NCBI GenBank assembly: GCA_013115125.1
Contig: JABANN010000064.1
Coordinates: 1 to 64,000, forward strand
Direction: 5' to 3'
Source of the DNA: Perkinsus olseni
Taxonomy: Eukaryota
DNA: 64,000 bases
Of the stretch, positions 23,643-34,458 are shown one piece after another. The notes under the pieces are model-generated. The model was given only the letters and a program-made list of their open reading frames with translations. It searched no databases and had not been told where the DNA came from. Each line of letters opens with the position of its first letter. The stretch's first letter is position 1. The translations under genes were made by a program, and so were the position numbers.

Positions 23643-25946
23643 ATGTTTTACAAGTCTACCAGGGGAAAGGACACCCACGTTTCTTTCGTGGATGCGGTAA
23701 GTGGCGGAGTTTCCAACCTTACGACGTCAATAACATCCCCACAGGTGCTTCAAGGTCTGGGCAGTGATGGCGGCCTCCTTATCCCCGAGCAAGTTCCAAA
23801 GATCACGCCGCAGGTAGGCTTCCGGGCCCCCGCTTGATCTCCATTCATTCCGTCAGGAGTGGGAGGAGTGGAGGTCACTGTCGTACAGGCCTTTGGCGTG
23901 TCGTGTCCTGAGAAAGTTCATCTCACCCACGGAGATATCGGATGGGGAGCTACAGAAGCAGGACTACAGCTCGTCGCCTGGGTGGTGTGGACTGATCTCT
24001 CAGGCTTGTGGAGGACGCCTACGGCAATTTTCGAGATCACGAGCTCACTCCTGTGAAGCGAGTGGGCGAACAATATGTATGTGGCATCAAGGGCGGCCTT
24101 GAAGCAGCGTCAGTGTTGCCCATCAGGTTCTGGAACTCTTTCATGGGCCTACCTTCGCCTTCAAGGACTTGGCCCTTCAACTACTCGGCCCCCTCTTCGA
24201 GCTTTGTCTCGAACGCAAGCATAGTAGGGTCTCGTTCAGAGAGTACCGACTTGGAGGTGTGGCACCTCAGAGCAGCTGCTCATACTGGGTGCAACTTCTG
24301 GTGACACGGGCAGCGCCGCGATAGCTGGTGTGAAGGGGAGGAAGAATATTAGGTGTAAATCGCCTTCAGCGGAGGTCCTACAGACACATTCTTGCAAAGG
24401 TGTCATCCTCTACCCGCATGGCCGCACGTCGAAGATTCAGGAGCTGCAGATGACCACTACGGCAGACGAGAACATCCACTGTTTGGCCGTCAAAGGGGTG
24501 GGCATCGCGCGGCTTCTTCACTGCAGCGTGTCTTTGGCATCCCGATTAGAACTTCGACGACTGCCAGAATATTGTGAAGGGTATTATGAACAGTCCGCTG
24601 AAGGAGGAGCTGAGTATAGGCGCGGTGAACTCTATCAACTGGGCCCGCATACTAGCCCAGATAGTGTAACGTGTGGAGAATAAGATGGACTCAAGTCATC
24701 CGGACAGGATAGGTATTACGCCTACGCCACAGCGAGGATACAAGAAAAGGAAAACTGCAGTCTGGTGGATTTCGTGGTCCCAACTGGGAATTTCGGGGAC
24801 ATTCTGGCCGGGTATCGTCCTCCGTAACGCATCTGGCTTTCTTCGTCCGGATCCTTTCTGCGGTTATCAGCTACTACTGCCGTATGATGGGAGCACCGAT
24901 CGGCCGTCTCGTCATAGCGTCCAATCAGAATGACATTCTACCAAGGTTTTTTGAGGTGGGTTCTTCCTATTCAATTCATCCATGGCCCCATCGTTGATGC
25001 TTTTCAGACGGGCACGTATTCTTACCATGATGAAGTCCGACCCAGCCTCTCTCCAAGCATGGATATCGCAGTAAGCCGTTCGTCCTCCGCAGACCGCGTT
25101 TCCCGCCAGGACTGCCGAATTGACAGAGTGTCCTGCAGATATCATCCAACTTCGAGAGGTTCCTCTACTATCTCTTCGGGGGAGACACCAAGCGTCTTAA
25201 TGAAAAAATTCAGGATTTGAAAACCAAGAAAGCGTGGGATATACTCCTTTCTCATAGATGTTTCTGGGATTCCCCGGCATCAGGTTCTCCGTGACCTGCG
25301 AAGAGCTCGACAGGGCGCGCCAGGAATTTGCCGCTTATTGTGTGGATGAGGTAGCCTTAGTATATCAGAAGGGACCGAGAGGATTCGTGTGCCAGGAAAG
25401 CACGAAAAAATGTGTCGCCAAGGTCTTCCGCGATGCCGGATACCTCCTCTGTCCACACTCGTAAGTGACCCTTCACTTGAACTGCCACGATGTTGTTTGT
25501 TGATCATCAGTGCGGTTGGTTATGCTGCTGGCGAACAGTTCCTGCTCCATCGCACTTCTTCTAAGAACCCCGTTGTGGCTTTGGCCACTGCCCATGTGGC
25601 TAAGTTCGTCGAGGTGGACGATCCTTCTTCGTGTGTCTGTCATGCTATGTGAGTCGTCATCATGCTTTCAGCCACTTCAAGCGAGTTACAGGGAGAAGGG
25701 TGGTGCTTCACCAGAGCTCATGAAGGCTCTCTCGAGTTGTATGCCGGGAGAACTCCAACGCTTGTAGGAACCTCAAGGTCACCAGAATGGGGATTCGTTG
25801 TCTTCAGGTACAATCTTCCGAGTAGACGCACGGTGATCGAGAATGATGTTGAGGATGTCAAACAGTACCTGCTGCGGAACTTCTCCGAAGGCGGCCGCTG
25901 TTGTGGAGGTCAGCATGAAGGGGGTTGTCCCACCTCCCACGTTTGA
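23643..25946 (+). CDS. thrC: Threonine synthase (PLP-dependent), multi-exon
   Basis: YKSTRG, GLGSDGGLLIP, LELFHGPTFAFKDLALQ (PLP lysine), GDTGSAA, QELQMTT, FDDCQNIVK, NSINWARILAQ, VPTGNFGDILAG. Confidence 0.95.
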
Positions 25947-27012
25947 AGTGTTCGCCAGGTTTCGGTGCTGCTGCGGGTATCGCAGTCTTGGCTGTCGCCA
26001 TTGGCGCGATAGTGATGATGAAAAGGAAACAGTAGACCATGAGATAGAGCCATTGATTTTTCTGTTTTCACAGTATGAGTGTGTCGTTACAATGGGTGGC
26101 GCCCAAGTTCGGTAACTCCGGATGCTCCAAGTGCGAATGCTGTTATCAACGATGATTGAAAATCATTAGTAATGGATATTGCCATCATCGTTCGTAGAGC
26201 CAGTGAGGCAGGCGGCGCCTATGAGGCGCTGAGGTAAGCGGCAAACGACTCGTTGTAGAGATCACCTCTCCGCTGGGAGACGCTAAGCAGAGTACACTTG
26301 CTTGGCCAGTTCGATTTGTAATCCACAACTGAGCCGCCGGGAGTCTGTTGCATCTGGTGGGGCATCGGAATAGAGTGTGTTTTTTTGGAGGGAGAAAGTA
26401 GACACAGGGTACTTACCGAGGGTGACAAAGTTTGCATTCTCAGAACTGATACGTTCATCTGAGCAGAAATTCCAATGTAAATACTCCTCTGCAGCACGGG
26501 CCTCGTAACGCGGTCCCTTCTACTGTTGCCATGGAGCGGCCATCAATTCGACTATCGCCTTTCCGCGAGACACATCAACAGTTGATGATCAACTGTACTC
26601 AAACTGTACTCCTCGATCACTCAGAGATTATCGTACGGAGCGAACAAGCTCGTTATGGTGAATGTCAAGAATTGAGATTTCTCCGTTATTACGAAGCTTT
26701 TACATGTCTAACTTGGAGGTTTTATGTATTCTAAAATGAGAAATCAATCGTATTCAATTTATTGTGTGCGATGTATAAAAACGCGGAATGAATAGACAAG
26801 AGTCAGCGCCAGAATAGACCCTAAGCAGGATCTTTTCGCTGAACGACGTAACAACAAGGCCAAAGACAATACTCATTACCTCCTGACACTGCTGGTAACG
26901 TAGAGCTATAAATGATGCTTCGACTCAGATGTTACAAAGACCACAGAAAAGAATATCAATGTTACTGACGAAACATGTACATCATGTAGGAGAGGAGGTC
27001 ACGTCGTGACCG

Positions 27013-28380
27013 TCACGAATCGAATATAACTCCATATGCACGGATGCCGTTCTTTTCGAGACCCCGCGTAACCTCTCGAGTAGCCTTCATATTAGAAATG
27101 AATACCACAGCTTCGAAGCTTCCATGTTCCCACAGATTCCTCGCCACTTGGACTAGATCCGGACGACCCAACTTCTGTGTGTCGTGGATGATGGCCGTGG
27201 GGTCCATTCTCCGGATGGTAGTCATGATCGCTGAGCCGTAGGTCTCCAAAGGTGCTCGAGCGGACCATACGATCTTCACTGGGTGGCTTGGCTGTTCTAC
27301 GAAGAGACTTAGACAAGGCCCTATACCAGAGCCAGTGGCCATGACTATACATGGCCTGAAGAGCTTCACCACTCGAACCGTCCCGAACTGTGGAAGTCCT
27401 CGCGTCCAGATCCTACTCGGCGGGTTATCAATAATTCGGCCTGACCAGTCCCCCGCGCGAGAGATAATGATAGAGAAACCTTTCTGATCCACATGCCAGA
27501 CCTTCTTCTCTTCCTCGCTCAGGCCCGCAATGGAGCTTCGAATATTCGGTATCACCGCAAATGCATGCGTCTCGCGCAGAGGTGAGTCAGTGACTCGAAT
27601 AGCCTGTCCGAATGATACAATTCTATGTCCAAAGTTGAGGACGAGCGCGTGGGAGGAGAGTCGCCGGCACTCAACCACACGCTTCCTCAGATGTAACCAG
27701 GGAAAAATAACAAAACCGGTGATGAGAGAGACCTCCCACACACGGACATCAGAAAGAAAAAGTTTCCAGAAATTCGAATGGGACAGTAAAGCATCTTCTC
27801 TAACTGCCAGCATGAGCTGCATCCAGAATATCAAGAGAAGTGCCCAGGCACAGTAGCGATGCACGCGTTCGAAACAGTTGTGGTGCAGCCTGCGCATAAA
27901 TGGCAGGGCGAAGAGTATGATCAAGACCATTGAAGAGAGTACGAAACACGAGCTCAAGATGCGCATGCTAGTAGCACTATCCTTCTGGTACAGTTTGATG
28001 ATGAGGGCAACGTACCAAATCAGCGCTGCCGAAGCAGAGGCCCTGTGGATGGCTCCATAATAACAATAAACTCGTCCGAATTGTCTTCTTATCGACAGCG
28101 GGAGGTGAGTAGACTTATCGACGAATAGCACGAAGAGCGAGTTAACGAAATACTCATTTCTCGTTACGACTGTGGGTAGCAGGTACGTCGTGACCGCTAC
28201 CGAACTTGTGTAGACACCAGGCTGCAGAAATATTTCTACCAGAGCGAAGATCAAAATGTTCAGAACAGCTACGGGGAAGAAAACTCTGCGAAATGGCGTG
28301 AAGTGCCCCTTCATGGCGCGCGGTTTACGAGAAGGATGGAGGGGCATGCGGGAAATGGTACCTGAAATAATATGTGGCAA
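27013..28380 (-). CDS. TmpA-like membrane flavoprotein (ferric-reductase-like TM region + FAD/NAD(P)-binding domain), intronless copy A; ATG start probably ~28347
   Basis: ~6 TM segments, HHNCFERVHRYCAW, ETHAFAVIP, AGDWSGRII, MATGSGIGPCLS, VVFISN, C-terminal AYGVIFDS. Confidence 0.8.
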   Translation of the reverse strand: MPHIISGTISRMPLHPSRKPRAMKGHFTPFRRVFFPVAVLNILIFALVEIFLQPGVYTSSVAVTTYLLPTVVTRNEYFVNSLFVLFVDKSTHLPLSIRRQFGRVYCYYGAIHRASASAALIWYVALIIKLYQKDSATSMRILSSCFVLSSMVLIILFALPFMRRLHHNCFERVHRYCAWALLLIFWMQLMLAVREDALLSHSNFWKLFLSDVRVWEVSLITGFVIFPWLHLRKRVVECRRLSSHALVLNFGHRIVSFGQAIRVTDSPLRETHAFAVIPNIRSSIAGLSEEEKKVWHVDQKGFSIIISRAGDWSGRIIDNPPSRIWTRGLPQFGTVRVVKLFRPCIVMATGSGIGPCLSLFVEQPSHPVKIVWSARAPLETYGSAIMTTIRRMDPTAIIHDTQKLGRPDLVQVARNLWEHGSFEAVVFISNMKATREVTRGLEKNGIRAYGVIFDS

Positions 28381-29204
28381 TCTCCTTGAAAAAGTGTGGA
28401 CGCTTCATTTAGAACGACGCTATCCTGTGACTGAGACTCTGAACGGTTCACTTTGCTTTAGTGCGGATTGGTCATTGGCGTAGGGTCCAATGCGTTGAAC
28501 ACCCGGGCTCATGGGGAGCACGGGAGGGAGATAGAAAAATGGCGCGACCTACAGCGTTCAACGCGACGCTCATGTATGCGCGCAAGTGATCGACCAAACA
28601 AGGACGTCCGACGAATCAAAAGCTTTTTGATCTCACGGTACGCAGCAGTCGGTGTAGGATACCGTGAGCGCCCTCGTTCGTAGCAGTGTCGAATCCTGGT
28701 GTCCCACTCAACGTGGGCCACGCTGACAGGCCGCTGTAAGATCGAGCTGCTATCATACGACTGCAACTTTTGCATGGACTTCTCAACTTCATTCTCCTTA
28801 AGCAGCGAATCGCTGTGTGATAGAAGGATGATCCTTCAAGGAACTCCCTGCCCCGGGTGGACAGCCTTTGTAACTATGGCAGCTCAATAGCTCGCCACAT
28901 TGTTATGTGTAGATCGACTCCCTTTGACCATCATCATTAGATACCCATGGGCTGTTGTGCAGCACAGGGCAGTAAAAGTTGTGCAGCCTGTGCGAAGTAG
29001 ACAGTAATTGACGGGCGCCAAAGACTTGAGCGTAGCCGATATGTATATGCGTCAAATGATCGGTTTCAGTTAGAATCGTTCAAGGCATATTGTTGATACT
29101 CCTGGCAACCTCGTTGGGCGCAACTCGAGTATTATCTTGTATATGTATTGGGCCTTTAGGATTGTGTTACCAGAGTTATTATCATCGACTACCTAAAGTA
29201 TCAA

Positions 29205-30201
29205 TCAACGAGTCGTTGACAACGACCCGGTCACGACTTGGAGTATACGTCCGCGATCGGTTGATATTGTCCGTGCGTGCAGAGCATATTCCTCTTCAGA
29301 GCACTTTGCGGCTCGGACTTTCTTTGTTGCGTCACATCTTGGATTGATGATGGAAAATGTAAGGAACGTAACTAGAAGGCCGAAAAGTCTGGTATTCTCA
29401 GCATTGTTTCTCTTCATTGCCTCTTCAAAAATGCGATCAGCATAGCTGTACGCAAAGTTTGGAGCCTTTCCTGCGGACACAGCGTCGCCGAAGCTGCATG
29501 AGACATACGGAATCTTCGCCGAGGGGACGTATCCTGTCGCGAGTGGCGAGGAAATGTATGTGAAGGAGAAGCGGCGTCCAGTTCAGCTGTAGAGCCACAG
29601 GTAACAGCCGAGAAAGTTGCACACTTCGCCCAAGCATTGTGTCTGATGAAGTTCATCAAGCCTTGAAAGCGTACGTGCAGGGAGATATCACGACGTGACG
29701 TATGGAATTGCTGGCGTAAATGGCCGCCATTCAATGGCGTAGAATATACCTGACGGACTATCTTGCGGGATTCCCAAAACTGTACGTCGGAAAATTCAAC
29801 GAAGTTCGAAGGCTTCGGAAGCTTTTTTGAAGGGCTCCCCATTGATACTGTGGTGGAGACGAGATTCTGGGGTGCCGTTCTTTTCTTACATGAAGCCGAA
29901 GAAACCGATGATACGAGGACTTCCTCCATCACAATGCAGTGACTGCATGAGTCGCAAGGGTGAACCTGCCATCCACGTTTGAATCAGAGTCATCAGACCA
30001 AGATCTGTGAACAATCTCGAAGGCCTCCCTGCAATCTTCCGTAAGCGCCAAACGCTGTTCAACCACTCCACCGCGATCAAGCGGTTCCTTCAACAGACCG
30101 CAGTTCGGGAAGAAGGGAAGCTGGTTCCGCGAATTACGGGACACATGATAGTGTGTCATATCCTCTGAGATTATTTGGATAACTAGCAACGTGTCACTCA
30201 A
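29205..30201 (-). CDS. Hypothetical (possibly degenerate) gene between the TmpA-like paralogues
   Basis: Chain of overlapping minus-strand ORFs (29929-30201, 29414-29932, 29205-29480) that could be joined by short introns. No recognisable domain. Confidence 0.3.
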
Positions 30202-31023
30202 AGGTGCACCAACAGTATGACCGAATTAAGACAACTCAGGACTCTTTGCCGTCGAAGTATACAGAGGTTCTAGGATTATCATCATACCCATCATGGATAT
30301 GATGATGATAAAGTGGATACTACAGTAGAGCCAAAGCAACTCTAACGGCGTCAACAACAGTTGAAGTTGTTGAATAACTTGGATAAAACGAGCTCGACCC
30401 AGTCCACTAGTTTGACGTTAGAAGATATTAGAACGCAATCGGGGACTAGAGTAACATAACAAAATCGCAGCAACTTTCCGTTGGTCGCTACATGATGTAG
30501 CGACCAACGGAAAGATGCCTACATCATTTGCGACACAACCTTTCTCAATTTTTGACGGGAGCGGCCCACTTCCCTGACTCACCCCCCTGCAACGCGACAT
30601 TCCATCTGTTAGGTTTGCTCTATGGGAAGCAAAAGCGTACGTTAACGTACGGAGGAGCTCGAACCACAGATTGGTGGCGGCAGGAAAAAAATCTTGGAAT
30701 CTTGCGAGCCACAGGTTGTGCTTTCTTTGCCGCTCTGAAATTTTCATATGAGAAGACGTAGTACACTAGGTGTACTGAATAGAAAAAAGTTCACACGGCA
30801 CCACATCTTGACAGATCGCGATACGATCGGCTCAAATGACATGATAATAAAAGGAGAGCTGGTACCACTCATGAGAAGAAAAATTTGAAAGGGACTTTAA
30901 GGTAACAAATTCCAAGACTATGTGAAAGACCATACAGGACATAAATACATGATACATTTTAGACCACGAATAACAGCAAGTAGATGCTACTCACGAAACA
31001 TTTATATCATGTAGGAGAGGAGG

Positions 31024-32334
31024 TCACGAATCGAATATAACTCCATATGCACGGATGCCGTTCTTTTCGAGACCCCGCGTAACCTCTCGAGTAGCCTTCA
31101 TATTAGAAATGAATACCACAGCTTCGAAGCTTCCATGTTCCCACAGATTCCTCGCCACTTGGACTAGATCCGGACGACCCAACTTCTGTGTGTCGTGGAT
31201 GATGGCCGTGGGGTCCATTCTCCGGATGGTAGTCATGATCGCTGAGCCGTAGGTCTCCAAAGGTGCTCGAGCGGACCATACGATCTTCACTGGGTGGCTT
31301 GGCTGTTCTACGAAGAGACTTAGACAAGGCCCTATACCAGAGCCAGTGGCCATGACTATACATGGCCTGAAGAGCTTCACCACTCGAACCGTCCCGAGCT
31401 GTGGAAGTCCTCGCGTCCAGATCCTACTCGGCGGGTTATCAATAATTCGGCCTGACCAGTCCCCCGCGCGAGAGATAATGATAGAGAAACCTTTCTGATC
31501 CACATGCCAGACCTTCTTCTCTTCCTCGCTCAGGCCCGCAATGGAGCTTCGAATATTCGGTATCACCGCAAATGCATGCGTCTCGCGCAGAGGTGAGTCA
31601 GTGACTCGAATAGCCTGTCCGAATGATACAATTCTATGTCCAAAGTTGAGGACGAGCGCGTGGGAGGAGAGTCGCCGGCACTCAACCACACGCTTCCTCA
31701 GATGTAACCAGGGAAAAATAACAAAACCGGTGATGAGAGAGACCTCCCACACACGGACATCAGAAAGAAAAAGTTTCCAGAAATTCATATGCGACAGTAA
31801 AGCATCTTCTCTAACTGTCAGTATCAGCTGCATCCAGAATATTAACAGAAGTGCCCAAGCACAGTAGCGATGCACGCATTCGAAACAGTTGTGGTGCAGC
31901 CTGCGCATGAATGGCAGGGCGAAGAGTATGATCAAGACCATTGAAGAGAGTACGAAGCACGAGGTCGAAGTTTCTATTCTAGTCGAGACATCCTTCTGAA
32001 TCAGTTTGATGGTGAGGGCCAAGTGCCACATAAGCGCTGCGAAAGCAAAGCTACTGTGGAGAGCCCCGTGATAGCAGTAAACCCTTGCGAAGTGTCTCCT
32101 CAGCGGCAGTGACAGGTGTGTGGACTTGTCAACGAACACGGCGAAAAGCGAGTTAACGAAATACTCATTCCTAGTCACGACTGTGAGCAGCAAGTACGTC
32201 GTGACAGCAACAGAACTCGTATGAACGCCTGGATGAAGAAAGATTTCTAGTAGAGCGAACACTGCGGTGTTCAGAACGAGATTGGACAAGAAAACTCGGT
32301 GGTATGTTGAGGAGTGCCACTTGATGGGGGACAT
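31024..32334 (-). CDS. TmpA-like membrane flavoprotein, intronless copy B (436 aa)
   Basis: Same motifs as copy A; C-terminal ~254 aa identical except one F/L difference. Confidence 0.82.
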   Translation of the reverse strand: MSPIKWHSSTYHRVFLSNLVLNTAVFALLEIFLHPGVHTSSVAVTTYLLLTVVTRNEYFVNSLFAVFVDKSTHLSLPLRRHFARVYCYHGALHSSFAFAALMWHLALTIKLIQKDVSTRIETSTSCFVLSSMVLIILFALPFMRRLHHNCFECVHRYCAWALLLIFWMQLILTVREDALLSHMNFWKLFLSDVRVWEVSLITGFVIFPWLHLRKRVVECRRLSSHALVLNFGHRIVSFGQAIRVTDSPLRETHAFAVIPNIRSSIAGLSEEEKKVWHVDQKGFSIIISRAGDWSGRIIDNPPSRIWTRGLPQLGTVRVVKLFRPCIVMATGSGIGPCLSLFVEQPSHPVKIVWSARAPLETYGSAIMTTIRRMDPTAIIHDTQKLGRPDLVQVARNLWEHGSFEAVVFISNMKATREVTRGLEKNGIRAYGVIFDS

Positions 32335-32771
32335 GCCGATAATGGTGATTCAAAACTCCTGAGAGAGGCTCATCGTGTCTAGTGTTACAACCCACTCAGT
32401 GTGATCCTGACCTGAACTTCAATTGAGCGTGCCCGCGTTCACGCTCCGTCGTCGGCGCTAGCGTCGGGAGGGTGACGGGCTCCACTATTCTTGGAAACCA
32501 TGAAACGGCAGGTTCATAGCAGCGTCGAACCTGAGCTTCATGGCCCGAGTCGGGTCACCTGACGATTCCTTCTTGTGAGTTTTCACGAATCCCTATCCAG
32601 TTACGCGCAACAGTGGCCCTATCAAGGCGTCATGGATCGTGGTGCGGGCATCATACGAATTCCAACGAACATGTGTTACGCTCCGTCGGTTTTAAGCATG
32701 TAGAGTAGCCCCAGCATTAGCTTTATTTAATATTTGGCCTTGCGTTTCGCGTGTGAGGAAGAATGCTACTA

Positions 32772-32826
32772 CAACTTGACATGACCCAAGGAGTGCAAGT
32801 TGCACTCCTTGGGTCATGTCAAGTTG
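32772..32826. repeat. Perfect inverted repeat: 27-bp arms with a 1-nt spacer
   Basis: caacttgacatgacccaaggagtgcaa-g-ttgcactccttgggtcatgtcaagttg. Confidence 0.97.
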
Positions 32827-33670
32827 CACTGTGCAACCTCAAGGCCAACGGCGCAGTCCCCGGGGACAGCGCACGGCGAGCGTGATGCGCTTCGCTCCGC
32901 TCTGCTCGAGACTAGACACTTCCTACATGGATCTAGATGGCTCTAGATGACGGAGTACGTCTCTTCCACGCCGCTTTGCAAACCTCGTTCGGCGCGGAGT
33001 GACCAAGCGCAGGCTGTCACGCAGGTAATAGCGGACTGAACAAGCGCGAGCTGTTAGCCACCTTTATAACCGGCCCGAGAAGAGAGAAAAGAGGGATAGC
33101 AAGGGCAGGTCAGAATCGCGGATGAGGACGGGGAAAAGAGCAACCCGAAACCCTGAGAAGCCCGTAGGGCAACCAGACACCCGATGACTGTTATACAAGG
33201 CCGTACCTTCATCCTAGACGCCGGGGATGGGGCAGGTATTGACCAAACCCCTGCGGAATCTTTCAGCGGGACCCCTATAACATCTTTAATATCATGCGAA
33301 ATGTGCAAGACCGCAGTATTTCGTTGGCGGTCTCAAGTTTCGGTTGTGAACATATCCAGTTTCCTACGGCCTCCATTCGCTTCACGCGCTGGACATGTAC
33401 TTCGAGTGTCAGCATCTGGTTTGCTCGGTTACAGAGACCTCGAGCGATCTGCGGACCTCTTTACAATGTCGTGGATGACTAAGGTAGCGTGATAACTGTC
33501 GTTGGCGGCTGTTGTTTCGTTGTTGTTCATCCGTACCCCGACCCGGTCAGAAACAAAACTTTGATGAGTATTGAGTAGAAAATAGTTCGAGAATGGTAGC
33601 TCTGCCACTACGCTCGCCGCAATACAGTGCGATTGCTATCAGAAAAAAAAGGGTGCATAACGAATAATCG

Positions 33671-34233
33671 TTAGTAGATGCCGCCGGCTGCTGGAGGAGG
33701 ACCGCCGTCAGTTTCATCCTTGTCACCGGGGTAATCTTCATGGCGCGACTTCCGAGGCTTCTCTGTCAACGCACGATTCCTTCTACCTGAATTGTGCGAA
33801 TCACAGACACAGCAATCGCGGCGTCCGTCACCCTGGAGGTAGAGGTATCCCCAAATGAACAATAGAACCATGAGGAAGACCCCGAAGGGAGATACCGGCA
33901 GGAGGGAGGATGAGCTGCTTGAAGTCTGCAAGGCATCGCTGTCACCAGAGCTGATGTCACTGTAGGTGCCCTGGTTATCTGAAAAGAGTATAGCGCGAGT
34001 CGCGAGGCACGACAGAAAACTCGGACTGCAGGTCGGTAGAAACTAAACGTTATATCAGCTCTTACCGACGAAATAGCAGAATGCGGTAGGGATTAGTAAA
34101 ACAAAAGCACCATGCGCTGTTCAACCGCATTGCAACAGACTTACTCAAGTTCCCCAACGCATTAGCGAGGCTGCCTCCCTGACTGCGAACCCACTCGCAT
34201 AGGTCTTCCCAAGGATTGCCTTCGCCCGGCATG
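33671..34233 (-). CDS. Hypothetical small single-pass membrane protein
   Basis: PFGVFLMVLLFIWGYLYL TM segment and charged tail after a ttttcag acceptor (~33980); possible first exon MPGEGNPWEDL. Confidence 0.3.
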
Positions 34234-34458
34234 ATTCGGCGCAAAAACGGGTAAAAATCGGCGAAATAACTGAGCCTAGCATGCAGAAGCAGGCAACAAG
34301 GTTCCCTCCCAACAGCTCCTGAACGCAGGAGCCCTACACCGCCTCCATTTCATGCCACTCCCCCGAGCCCTGTTATAGTTACCAAACACGAGGCAGCAGC
34401 AGCACCCGAGGTATAGCGAAACAACGGTAATGTACGTTCGGCGATACTTGTGGACATC

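Noticed and set aside
28378-28390. AAGGAG (Shine-Dalgarno-like) next to the TTG of TmpA-like copy A
   Set aside because: Spacing of ~1 nt is non-functional and the likely start is a downstream ATG; not evidence of bacterial origin.
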